A stretch of 64,000 nt of DNA from the human T2T-CHM13v2.0 reference genome, Homo sapiens: the NCBI RefSeq assembly GCF_009914755.1, contig NC_060927.1; one strand, given 5' to 3'. Shown here in pieces: positions 49,140 to 61,235 of this stretch; the stretch's first letter is position 1, and every line of letters begins with the position of its first letter. The notes under the pieces are model-generated. The model ran no database searches, was not told the DNA's origin, and saw only the letters and a list, made by a program, of their open reading frames with translations. Made by a program: the position numbers and the translations under genes.

Positions 49140-49919
49140 ACAATGAGATCACATGGACACAGGAAGGGGAATATCACACTCTGGGGACTGTTGTGGGGTG
49201 GGGGGAGGGGGGAGGGATAGCACTGGGAGATATACCTAATGCTAGATGACGAGTTAGTGGGTGCAGTGCACCAGCATGGCACATGTATACATATGTAACT
49301 AACCTGCACAATGTGCACATGTATCCTAAAACTTAAAGTATAATAAAAATAAAAATAAAAAAAGAACTTACTCATGCAACCAAATATCACCTGTACCCCA
49401 ATAACTTATCAAAAAGTAAAATTTTAAAAATAAAAAAAGAATACTCCCTGAGATTGGGTAATTATAAAGGAAAAAGGCTTAATTGACTCACAGTTCTGCA
49501 AACTTAACAGGAAGCATGGCTAGGAGGCCTCAGGAAAGCTACAATCATGACGGAAGGCAAAGGGGAAGCAGGCACCTTCTTCAAAAGGTGACAGGAGGGA
49601 GTGTGTGCGAGAACAAGGAAATGCCACATTTTAAAACCATCAGCTTGCATGAAAACTCACTCACTATCATGAGAACAGCATGGGGGAAACTGCCCCCATT
49701 ATCCAGTCACTTCCCTTTCTTGACACATGGGGATTACAGGTCCTTCCCTCAAAACATGGGGATTACAATTCAAGATGAGATTTGAGTGGGGACACAGAGC
49801 CAAACTGTATCAACAAATCTAAGACAAACAATAAAGAAAGCAAGCCAAGAGGAAAACATTCTAGCTGAAATGACTTTCTGCCAACCATCTGGGAAACATT
49901 TTGAAAAGCAAACCTTAAC

Positions 49920-50700
49920 ACCTCTAGATTAGAAGCCCCATGAAGACAATGACTGATTCTACCTTGTACTTCATTGTAGTCCCTGTATTTCCTAGAAATG
50001 CATCTGACACGTGGTTGGTAATTGGTATATTTTTGTTGAATTAGTGAATTTAAAAAATGAAATGGATTAACTAACTATATTCCTGACTGATGGAGAAAAC
50101 ATAAAAAAGTGAGAACCTATGGTGAGATAAATCAGATGATTTAACAGTTCATATATGTAATGATCCAATAGTTATCTATTGAGCTCCTATTGTATGCTAT
50201 GTCCTGTTGTGCATGGATAATAGAAAAGTTAATAGTCTGAGGTGGGAGATGGACAAAACAATTTTTAATCAAATGCAATGTGAAAAGTACTATGATTGGA
50301 GTTTTTAATATATTCAATGTGAATATAAATGAGCAAACTATTAATTCTTCCTAGGGAGAGAGCTCAGGGAATGTTTCCTAGAAAAGGTGACATTTGATTT
50401 GAAGCTAGATAGATGAGTAATTAGGTAATTTGGACTACCAGAAGAATTTTATGGGTGAAAGGAAAAACAGAAGCAAAAGCATATAAACATGAGAAAACAT
50501 TGTTAATTATTATATTGCTTGAAAGCATGTATGAGGTAGAGATTGGACCCAGAAGCATGGACATGAGCCACAGGACAAAGAATATAATGGGCTATATTTC
50601 TCCATGTATGCCAGATTCGGTGGCAATGGAGAGCTTTTAAAGGATTTTAGGCGAGAAAGATATGTATGAACTGTGTTTTTAAACTATATCTTTCAGTTTT
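49920..50700. mobile_element. L2 fragments (plus ~49920-50050; minus ~50160-50700)
   Basis: ctagattagaagccccatgaagaca...ttgttgaattagtgaa; tattgagctcctattgtatgc...gaaaaggtgacatttga. Confidence 0.55.
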
Positions 50701-51179
50701 AGTAATAGAAGTTTGGTTCATAGCAGATCTATTTTCTTATCAGGATCAACTAGAAAAGATAGATTTAATTTTTAGAAAATCTTACTTTGGACACATAAAA
50801 GAACTACTGAATCACCATGGACATGAGGGTTCAAGGCCTCAGAAATGAGGGAAACTCACTGATGTAAACATGATATTCTATGCTATGCTGTTTTTTCCCC
50901 TTAAGGTAGTTCCAGTTCATAAACATCATAATTGGACAGGGTTATAAGCAAAGAAACAAACAGATGCTAAAAGACACAGAAACTGAGAACAGCTTTCAGC
51001 AAACTTACAGGGTTAGAAAGACAGAAATTGAAGTCCAGGGCTATCCAGGAAGTCAGGACTTGAGGGGTCAAGATTCTGGAGAGATGGTAATTGCTAAGAA
51101 GCAAAAACAATAGTCTAATATCCTCAAGGTTATTTGCTGATCTATATATAAGCTGTGTAGGAAGATCATTTAAAAACTT

Positions 51180-52512
51180 GTGCAGAATTATAGACCTAAA
51201 TGTTAAATACAAAATTATAAAACTCCTAGAAGATAACACAGAAGAAAATCTAACTGGCCTTGAGCTTGGTGATGGCTTTTTAGATACAATATCGAAAACA
51301 TGATTTATAAAAGAAATTGATATGTTGGACTTAATTATAATTTAAAACTACTTTGAGAAAGAAATGGTTAAGAGAATGAAAAGACAAATTACCATCTGGG
51401 AGAAAATATTTGCAAAAAACATATTTGATAAAGCACTGGTATCCAAAATATACAAAGAACTCTTAAAACTCTAGGACAATAAAACAAAAAACCTAATTTG
51501 AACATGGACAAATCATCTGAACCTCACCAAATAAGAGATACAGATGGCAAATAAGCATATGAAAAGATGCTCAATATCATATGTCATTAGGGAATTGCAA
51601 ATTAAACAGCAATGTGATACCACTACACACCTTCTAGAATAGTGAAAATCCAAACACCGACAACACCAAATGCCGGTAAGGATATGGAATAACAGGAACT
51701 CTCATTCATTCATTGCTGGTGAGAATGCAAAATAGTGCAGCCGCACTGGAAAACAGCTTGGCAGTTTCTTACAAAACTAAACGTATTCTTACCATATTAC
51801 CCAGCAACTGTGACTCTTCAAATGAGTGAAAATTAATGTCCACACAAAAACCTGCACACTAATGTTTATGGTATCTTTATTTATAATTGACAAAACTTGA
51901 AAGCAACCAAGATGTCCTTCAATAGATGAATGAATAAACAAACTGTGGTGCAGCCATGCAATGACACATTATTAAGCAATAAAAAGCACTGAGCTATTAA
52001 GCCATGAGAAGACATGGAGAAAGCTTAAACACATAGTAAAAGAAGTCAGTCTGAAAATACTACATGTTATGTGATTCCAACTATATGACATTCTGGAAAA
52101 GGCAAAACTGTGTAAATAATTTAAAGACCAGTGGTCAGTAGTGAAGAAGGTAGCAATAACTAGGTGAAGCACAAGCGATTTTTAGAGCATCTATAGAAAC
52201 AATTCTGTAGGATGCTATAATGTCAGCTATGTCATTATACATTGGTAAATACCCATAGAATGCACAGCACAAAGAGTAAACCTTAATGTAAGCTATGCAT
52301 GATAGTTAATCATGCATATAGTTAATATGCGTATTGACTAATAAATTATGACAAATTTACCATACTGAAGCGAGATGTCAATAATAGGAGATACTGTATT
52401 TGTAAGTGTGGGTGAAGGACCATATAGGAATTCTCTGCACTTTTCATTCAATTTTTCTGTAAGCCTAAATCTAGAACTGCTCTAAAACATAAAGATGGTT
52501 AATTTTTTAGAA
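51180..52512 (+). mobile_element. L1MC1/2-like 3' portion, inserted into an older L1M (~50750-51180 and ~52512-53300)
   Basis: gattccaactatatgacattctggaaaaggcaaaac, gtcattatacatt...cccatagaatgcacagcacaaagagtaaacc, aactgctctaaaa. Confidence 0.8.
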
Positions 52513-53286
52513 AGCTAAGCAGACAGCAAAAGAGGCTGAACTGTCCATTGTCTTATAGTGCTGGGGATAGAGAAATTGGAAGTGAGGGTCTGCTAAGTGA
52601 AGAGGGCCTGTTAAAAACCAAAGACTTTCACGTGGGATTCTACAAAGATTAAACTCTAAGAGTAAGACGGAACTAGAAATAGATTCGGACTTACAAAGTT
52701 GGAAACAAAACTTTGAATCTTGTCAATCACTTAGCCAATTAAATGAAAATTCTCTCTAGAGGAAGATAACTTTATCCATATCCTCTACAATATATCATAC
52801 CAAATGTCAGTAACTCAATAAAAATTTAGCTGGAATACCCAGGACAACAGCAAAAGAAAAATATGCAATAAAAAACCATAAGTAATCAAGAATTTCAAAT
52901 AACTGTGAAAATAGTGAAAAGATAGAGAATGTTATAAAAGATATGGAATCTACTTCTTAAAATAATCAAATAGGCATTCTACAAGTTAAAATATAGCTGA
53001 AGAGAAGATTCATGATCTGAAATTCAAGTTAGAATGAATACAGCTTAAAGTGGTTTGGAAGCTAGAAAATTTAGAAAAGAGGAGTCACATGAGACTCATC
53101 AAAAATATTTAATAGACAAGTGACCAAAGCCCAAGAATAGGATACAAAATAAAAAGTAATGTATGAAAAGATTTTCATTAGAATTTACCAAAATTGACTA
53201 AAAACTCCAACCCCTTAAAACAAAGTACTATAAATCCCAGGCAAGATAATAATTTTTAAAACCATGAAAACTGACTGGAACCATAA

Positions 53287-53463
<177 letters not shown>

Positions 53464-55725
53464 TAAACTGCTAACAGATAAGAGAGAATTCTGTTTCCAC
53501 ATCTGTGTTGCACCCCCACACCCCACCTCATTCTGCCAAGCACCAACTGTGTGGAAAATTTTCTCCCAACTCATTGTTTCTAAACTGGAAAAAGTGAGAT
53601 TGAAGTGGACAACCAGCACCTTAGGTCCTCTGGCAGGAGACTTGTCCCTGCCTTAACATGGAGCACCATGAAGCATCATGCCTGGATGGAAAAAATATCC
53701 ATGAGAAAGGCAGAGACAAAGGAGAAAGGCAGGACTACCAACCCCGGCCCTGGAAACTCTTTCCTATAACTTGCCCAAAGGAAATGCCAAATCAGAGTGT
53801 GTGTTCAGCAGCTTCACACAGTAGGAAGTTTGTATCATGGGTCTCCTGGGCATGAACCACTAGCAAGCCTTCATACACTGCTGAGACATTCCCTTTAGGA
53901 CATTCCCCATTTATGAAGGGCAGTGCTCCAATTATTTACTAGAGTCAAGGTGAGCCTGGGCTTAAGGCACCATCTAGAGCTGAAAAGAAGGCAGTAACCT
54001 AGCAGTAAAGGACCTCTAAGCAAATATACTCACTAAAAAAAACAAAACAAGCCACATAGAAAAGACTAATTAGTAAATAATCCTTCAATGCAAAGAGATA
54101 GATGTACATCAACAAGAAACAACAGCAAACAGGAAAATATGATCTCCCCAAATGAACAAAGCAAATAACTAACCCTAATGAGACGGTGATATATATATGT
54201 GAGCTTTCTGAACATTAATTCAAAAATACTAGTTTTAAGGAAATGCCATAATCTCCAAGATAACATAGAAAAGCAATTCAGAAATTTATCAGTGAAATAT
54301 AACAAAGAGATTGAAATAATTTTAAAAAATCAAACAGAAATCTTGGAACTGAGAAATACATTTGTTGAATGAAAAAATTCATTAGCAGCTCTCAACAGCA
54401 GAATGGATCAAGCAGAGGAAAGAATCAGTGAACTCAACAACAGGCTATTTTAAAATACACAGAAAGAGGAGGAAAAAAAAGGAAAAAATAATGAAGATCA
54501 ATGAAGATCACCTACAAGATATTAAAAATTATCTCCAAAGACCAAATCTAAGAATTATTGGTGTTTAAGAGGAAGTTGAGCAAGAGCAAGAAGTAGAAAG
54601 TTTATTTAAATAAATAATAATAATAAAAAACTTTCCAAAACTTGACAAAGATATAAATGTCCAGGTACAGGAAGGTCAGGGAACACCAAACAGATTTGAC
54701 ACAAGTAAGAGTACCCAAAACATATAATAATCAAACTTCAAAGGTCAAGGACAAAGAGAAAATCCTAAAATCCACAAGAGAAAAGAAATAATATATAATG
54801 TAGCTCCAATTTATCTGAGAACAGACTTCTCAGTGGAAACCATACAGGCCAGAAGGGAGTTGAATAACATTTTCAAAGTATTGAGAGGAGAAAAGCCTGC
54901 AATCTAAGAATTCTGTATCCAGCAAAGTTGTCTTATAAATACAAGGAGAGATAAAGTCTTTTTCAGACAAACAAAAGATGAGAGAATTCACCACCACTTA
55001 CAAAAAATGCTAAAGACAGATTTTCAGTCAGACAGAAAAAAAACAAAAAACAAAAAACACACTAACGAAAAAAAAAAGGGGCCAGGGGAAATTCCAAAGA
55101 ATTGAGAGGTATAAAACCCACTGGTAAAATTAAGGACATGGACAAATTGAGATTAATACTGTAATTGTGGGGCACAATCCACTCACAACTCTAGTATGAA
55201 GTCCAAAAGAAAAGTCTATAGAAAATAAGATTAGCTACAGCTGCCTATTAAAAGATAGGTAATATAAAAATATGTAAATTAAGACTAATAAACGTCAAAA
55301 TGGCTGGGAGGTTGAAATTAAAGGGTGGGGGTTTATTGTTTCTATTCTTTGTGATCTATGATAAGTTGTCATCTCTTTACAACTTTTTATATCTATAAGA
55401 TGATTTTTTTTAAGACTCATTGTAACAGCAATGCAAAAACCCATTAAAAACTTCAGTAAAAATAAAAAGCAATGAGCTAAAACATACTATCAGAGAAAGT
55501 AACTTAAACACAAAGAAGGACAATAAGAAAGAAAAGAAAAGAGTTGCAAAATAACCAGAAAACAAGCAATAAAATGGCATTAGTTAGTCCTTACTTATTA
55601 ATAACAATACTGAATGTAAATGGACTCAGTTCTCCAATTAAAAAGCAGAGTGGCTGAATGCATGAAGAAACAAGACCCAATTATACACTGCCTACAAGAA
55701 ACCTGCTTCACCTATACATACATTT

Positions 55726-56038
55726 GGCCAAGTGCAGTGGCCCATACCTGGAATCCCAGCTCTTTTGAAGCCTGAGACAGGAGGTTTTCTTGAGGTTAGG
55801 ACTTCAAGACCAGCCTGGACAACAAGGAAATACATCTCTACAAAAAGTTTTAAAAATTAGCTAGGCATGGTGGTGTGCACCTGCGGTCCTAGCTACTCAG
55901 GAGGCTAAGGTAGGAGGATCACTTGAGTTCAGGAGGTTGGTGCTGCAATGAGCTGTGATTGTGCCACTGCACTCCAGCCTGGGTGACAGAGTGAGACCCT
56001 ATCTCAAAAAAAAAAAAAAAAAAGGAAAAGAAAGAAAG
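55726..56038 (+). mobile_element. AluJ
   Basis: ggaggatcacttgagttcagg, gagctgtgattgtgccactg, gagaccctatctc are J features; A-rich tail. Confidence 0.9.
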
Positions 56039-57038
56039 ACACAGGTAGACTGAAAGCAAAGGTGTGGAAAAAGGTATTCTATGCAACTGGAAATCAAAAA
56101 AGAGCAGTAGAGCTATACTTATATCAGGTAAAATAGACTACAAATCAAACAATGTAAAAAGAAACAAAGAAAGTTACAATGTAATGATAAAGAGGTCAAT
56201 TCAGCAAAAGGATATAACAAATATTTTAAAAATCTATGCATCCAACAACACTGGAGCTCCCAAATATATAAAGCAAACATTAATAGCTCTAGGGGGAGAG
56301 GTGGACTGCAATAAAATAATTGTTGAGGACTTCAACCCCCGACTCACAGTAATGGACAGATCATCCAAACAGAAAATCAACAAAGAAACAACAGTTAAAC
56401 TATACACCAGAACTAACTGATATTTACAGAACATTTTACACAACTGCTGTGGAATACACATCCTTTTCAACACACGCAGTGTTCTCTAGAAGAGGTCACA
56501 TCTTAGGCCACAAAACAAGTCTTAACAAATTCAAAAATGTAGAAATTATATCAAATATCTTTCTGACCACAATGGAAAAAAACTAAAAATAAATAACAAG
56601 AGGAACTTGGAAACTTCATAGACACATGGAAATTAAACAGCCTGCTCCTAAATGACAAATGAGTCAATGAAGAAATTAAAAAGGAAACTTAAAAACTTTT
56701 TAAAACAAATGAAAATGAAAGTGCAACGTACCAAAATCTATAGGATATAGCAAAAACAGTACTAAGAGGGAAGTTTATGGCACTAAATGCCTATATCAAA
56801 AAATGAGAAAGACTTCAAATGAACAATCTAATAATGCGCCTCAAGGAACTAGAAAAGCAAGAACAAGCCAAGCCCAAAATTAGTAGAAGGAAAGAAATAA
56901 TAAAGATCATAGCAGAAATAAATAAAATTGAGACTAAAAAAATACAGAAGATCAATGAAACAAAAAATTGATTTTTGAAAAGATAAAACAAAATTGACAA
57001 ACCCTTGGCTAGACTAAGAAAAAAAGAAAGAAGACCCA

Positions 57039-57335
57039 GGCTGGAAGCAGTGGCTCATGCCCATAATCCCAGCACTTTGGGAGGCCGAGGCAGAGTGGAT
57101 CACCTGAGGTCAGGAGTTCGAGACCAACGTGGCCAATATGGCAAAATTCTGTCTCAACAAAAATACAAAAATTAGCCAGGCATGGTGGCACGTACGTATA
57201 ATCTCAGCTACTTAGGGGGCTGAGGCAGGAGAATTGCTTGAATCCAGGAAGTGGAGGTTGCAGTGAGCCAAGATTGCACCACCACACTCCATCCTGGGTG
57301 ACACAGCAAGACTCCATCTCAAAAAAAAAAAAAAA
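57039..57335 (+). mobile_element. AluS (Sx/Sz-like)
   Basis: ggatcacctgaggtcaggagttcgagacc; 14-bp TSD agaaagaagaccca (57025-57038, 57339-57352). Confidence 0.92.
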
Positions 57336-58464
57336 TGCAGAAAGAAGACCCATATAAATAACATCAGGAACAAAAAAGCAGACATAAAGCTGAGACCACA
57401 GAAATACAATGAATCATTAGAGACTATTATGAAAAAGTATGTGCCAACAAATTGGAAAACCTAAAATACTCATTCATTCCCTTTACCACCCGCAGCCCGG
57501 CACTGACCCAACTTCCCTCATAAAAGACATGAACAGGGAAGAGATCCACCTTTCCTTCTTCTTTCTTCTCTTTTTTTTCTGGGATCAGGCTTTTTAAGGA
57601 TTGGAATCTGGGAAGAAGGATGAAAGAAATGAGACTAGCCTTTCCATAACTGGACCACCAGTATGATTTTCTGTAGGTTTCTCTGCTGGATTCACAACCA
57701 CTGGCATAGGAGCCCTCCATGTGGCAGGTGTTACTTGGAGACCCTCTGACTGCTCAAGCGAACCTCCCCATGGCATGGAATCTTGTGGGAGCTCTGCCAC
57801 CAGGAAACTCCAAATGTTCTTCAGCTACTGTTCCAAAGGTACAGTCTGCAGTGTCTGGATGGCAGGAACCCCATCACCTTAGGAAATATGATGTCTTCAG
57901 CATTGTACAGGCAAGTTGAATCAAACTAGGTTACTTTCAAGGTATCCTTTAGCCCCAGGAGGAGCTTATACATGCTCATCTTGCCCAGCAGTGAGACTGC
58001 TCCTCCCTCAGCTTTCCGTTCTCTTTTTGCTTGCTAGGAAAAGCACAGAGCAGATCTAAAAGCACAGGGTTTCAGCAGATATTTCCCTAGGAGAAAAAGA
58101 CTGATTCCTCATTCTTGTAGACCTACCCCCATCTTTGGGCAATTCTAGGCCCTTTAGCTTTGGAGGGAGTTGTGGTGCAGTCCTCCCTATAGGGCAGACC
58201 ATTTGAGATTCTGATGCACCTCCCTCTCCCTCGCCATCAGACTTTTGCTTATACACACTGGAGAAGTTTGGCCACTTCTTGATAAATTCTGAGTGAGCAG
58301 TTGGACCCCAATTGTTTGAAGATCTCTTTTGACTGTGGGGTAACTAATGGCTCTCTGCCCTGAGCTTTGGGTCCTATTTGCCAACTCCAGGGAAACAAGT
58401 GAGATGTCCCACAACATCGAGTTACATATACGTCCTATTTAAATTCATAGGATTTAAATTAGGA

Positions 58465-58590
58465 GAAGGATGGGAGAAAGAAGGAAAGAAAATAACCCAA
58501 AATGCCAATGATGGTTATCTCTCTCCAATGGGATTGTGGGCAATTTTTATTTTTCTATTATATTTTTATCAAAGTTTTAAAATTAATTTT
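58465..58590 (+). mobile_element. L1ME4-like 3' end fragment
   Basis: ccaaaatgccaatgatggttatctct...gggattgtgggcaatttttattttt. Confidence 0.5.
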
Positions 58591-58649
58591 TAATTGATAT
58601 ATAATAGTGGTAGATATTTTTGGGATACATGTTATTTTGTGACATTGCT

Positions 58650-59740
58650 ATTTTTCATTTTTCTAGGTACATAGTAAGTATATATTTATGGGGTACATGA
58701 GATATTTTGATACAGGCATACAATGCATAATAATCACTGTGGGGTAACTAATGGCTCTCTGCATATGAATATCCAGTTTTCCCAGCATCATTTGTTGAAG
58801 ACACTGTCCTTTCCCCAGTGTATGTTCTTGGCACCTTCATAAAAAATGAATTCACTGTAGATACATGGATTTGTTTCTGAGTTCTTTATTCTGTTCCACT
58901 TGTCTATGTGTCTGTTTTTATGACAGTACCACACTCTTTTGTTACTACAGCTTTGTAGTATAATTTGAAGTCAGGTAATGTGATTCCTCCAGTTTTGTTC
59001 TTTTTTCTCAGAATTGTTTTGGTTATTCTGGGCCTTTTGTGGTTCCATATAAATTTTAGAGTTGATTTTTCTATTTCTGCAAAGAATGTCATTGGTATTT
59101 TGATAGGGATTGTATTGAATCTGTAAATTGCTTTAGGTAGTATGAACATTTTAACAATATTGATTCTTCCAATCCATCAACATGGAATATCTTTTCATTT
59201 TTATGTGTCCTCTTCAATTTCTTTCATCTACATTTTATAATTTTTATTGTAGAGATCTTTCACTTCTTTGGTTAATTCCTAGGTATTTTATTTTATTTGT
59301 AGCTATTGTAAATATGATTATTTGTTTGATTTCTTTTTCAGATTCTAAACTGTTGGCATATAGAAATGCTACTAACTTTTGTAAGTTTATTTTGTCTCTT
59401 GCAACTTGATTGAATTTGTTTTTTTAGCTCTAATAGTCTTTTGTTGAGTCTTTAGGTTTTTCCAAATATAAAATTATATCATCTATAAACAAGGATAATT
59501 TGACTTCTTTCTTTTCAATTTGGATGCCTTTTATTTCTTTCTCTTGTCTGCTTGCTTTAGCTAGGACTTCCAGTATTATGTTGAATAACAGTGGTAAAGG
59601 CAGATATCTTTTTCATGTTCCAGATCTCAAAGGAAAGGCTTTTAGTTTTTCCCCATTCAGTATGATACTAGCTATAAGTCTGTCTTATATGGTTTTTATT
59701 ATGTTGAGATATGTTTGTTCTATACCCAATTTAATGGTTA
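58650..59740 (-). mobile_element. L1MA 3' portion with a large internal deletion at ~58736-58762
   Basis: 3' end ggtacatagtaagtatatatttatggggtacatgagata joined to antisense ORF2 (ORF 58904-59149 [17 protein letters not shown]). Confidence 0.85.
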
Positions 59741-60666
59741 AAGTTAGCATTAAAAAATAAACCAGTATAATTCACCAGATTCACAGACTAAAAAAAAAAA
59801 AATCATGTGAACATCTCAATAAATCCAGGAAGGATTTGGCAACATCCAAGGGCCATTACTCATATAATTCTCAATAAAAATAGAAATAGAAAATTCCTCA
59901 AATTGTAAGACTGAGTGTTACCCCTTAAAATCAGAAGCAAGTCTTCCCTTACCACTAATATTAAAAAGTATGAGGATTTGACTAGTTTAATAAAACAAAA
60001 GTAAAATAAAATAAGACTTCCAGATAAGAAAGGATGAAGTAAAACCACCCTCATTCTCTCATCACATAATAGCTTGTATAAAATAACTAAACCATCTATG
60101 CAAAAGCTACTAAAATGAATCTGTCACAAAGCTACTGGAAATAATAAGCAAGTTTGCCAACATAGCAGGATACAAGGCCAATGTTTAAAAATAAATTGCA
60201 TTTCTATATATTAGCAACAAAAAATTAAACATGAAATTTTTAAAATTCCATCTACAATATAGCCTGAAAATAGAAAATACTTAGGAAAAAATTTTTTACC
60301 ATGTGCAAGTACTATACATTAGACATTGCTGAAAGCAATTAAGGAAGACCTAAAGTCATAGAACACTCAGTGTTATTAAAAGGTCATTTTTTTCAAAATG
60401 GATCTATTAATTCAACACAATACTTTCTCCTCCCAAAAACATCTGGCAGGCCTTTTTTTTTTTAATTTGCAGAAATTGTCAAGCAGATTCTGTAGTTTAC
60501 ATAGAAATGCAAGGGACCTAGAATACCCAAAACAAATTTGTAAAACAAAAATTTGAAGGACTTTCATTATAAAATTTCAAGGCATACTACACACTGCTAC
60601 AGTAAAAAGATGGTGTGATATTGTCATAGCAACAAATATATAGATATGAAACAGAATAGAGTCCAG

Positions 60667-60724
<58 letters not shown>

Positions 60725-61235
60725 GGTTTTCAGCAAAAATGCCAGGATAATTCAATGGGATAGGATAGCTTTTGCATAAATAATGTGGAACTATTGGATA
60801 TCTATGTGCAAAAATATAAACATTGACCCTTACAGAATATGATATACAAAAATTAGCACCTAATGAGTAAAAAATCTACATGTGGGGGATGAAACTATAA
60901 AACTCACAGAAGAAAACATAAAATAAATAATTTTTTAATTTATACAAGCAAATCACAAGAATAAAATCACAAGGACAAAATCCTTGTGATCTTCAGTTAA
61001 AGGTCAAATATTCTTAAAATAAGAATAATATGAGCCATAAAAAATTGATAAAATGGACTTCATCAAAATTAAAATTTTCCTCTTCCAAAGACACTGTTAA
61101 GAAAACACAAATGCAGATCAGATCTAGAGAATATATTTACAAAACTTACATATATTAAAGAAGTTATATCCAGAATACATTAATTTATGAACTCTTACAA
61201 TGTGACAACAATAAAGAGAAAGAATCCATTTTTAA
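59735..61235 (+). mobile_element. Old L1M ORF2 (RT to C-terminus), continuing at 63648-64000
   Basis: aatcatgtgaacatctcaata, gcaggatacaaggcc, ggacttcatcaaaattaaaa, actcttacaa; decayed. Confidence 0.75.
60669..60718. repeat. Perfect (AT)25 microsatellite
   Basis: Counted directly. Confidence 0.98.

Noticed and set aside
49725-49770. Internal repeat acatggggattaca in the THE1D/MSTA LTR
   Set aside because: Probably a subfamily feature of these LTRs rather than locus-specific
57470-58450. Processed pseudogene or L1 3' transduction
   Set aside because: No poly(A) tail, TSD or recognisable protein similarity, and it abuts an ancient L1ME-like fragment like ordinary genomic DNA
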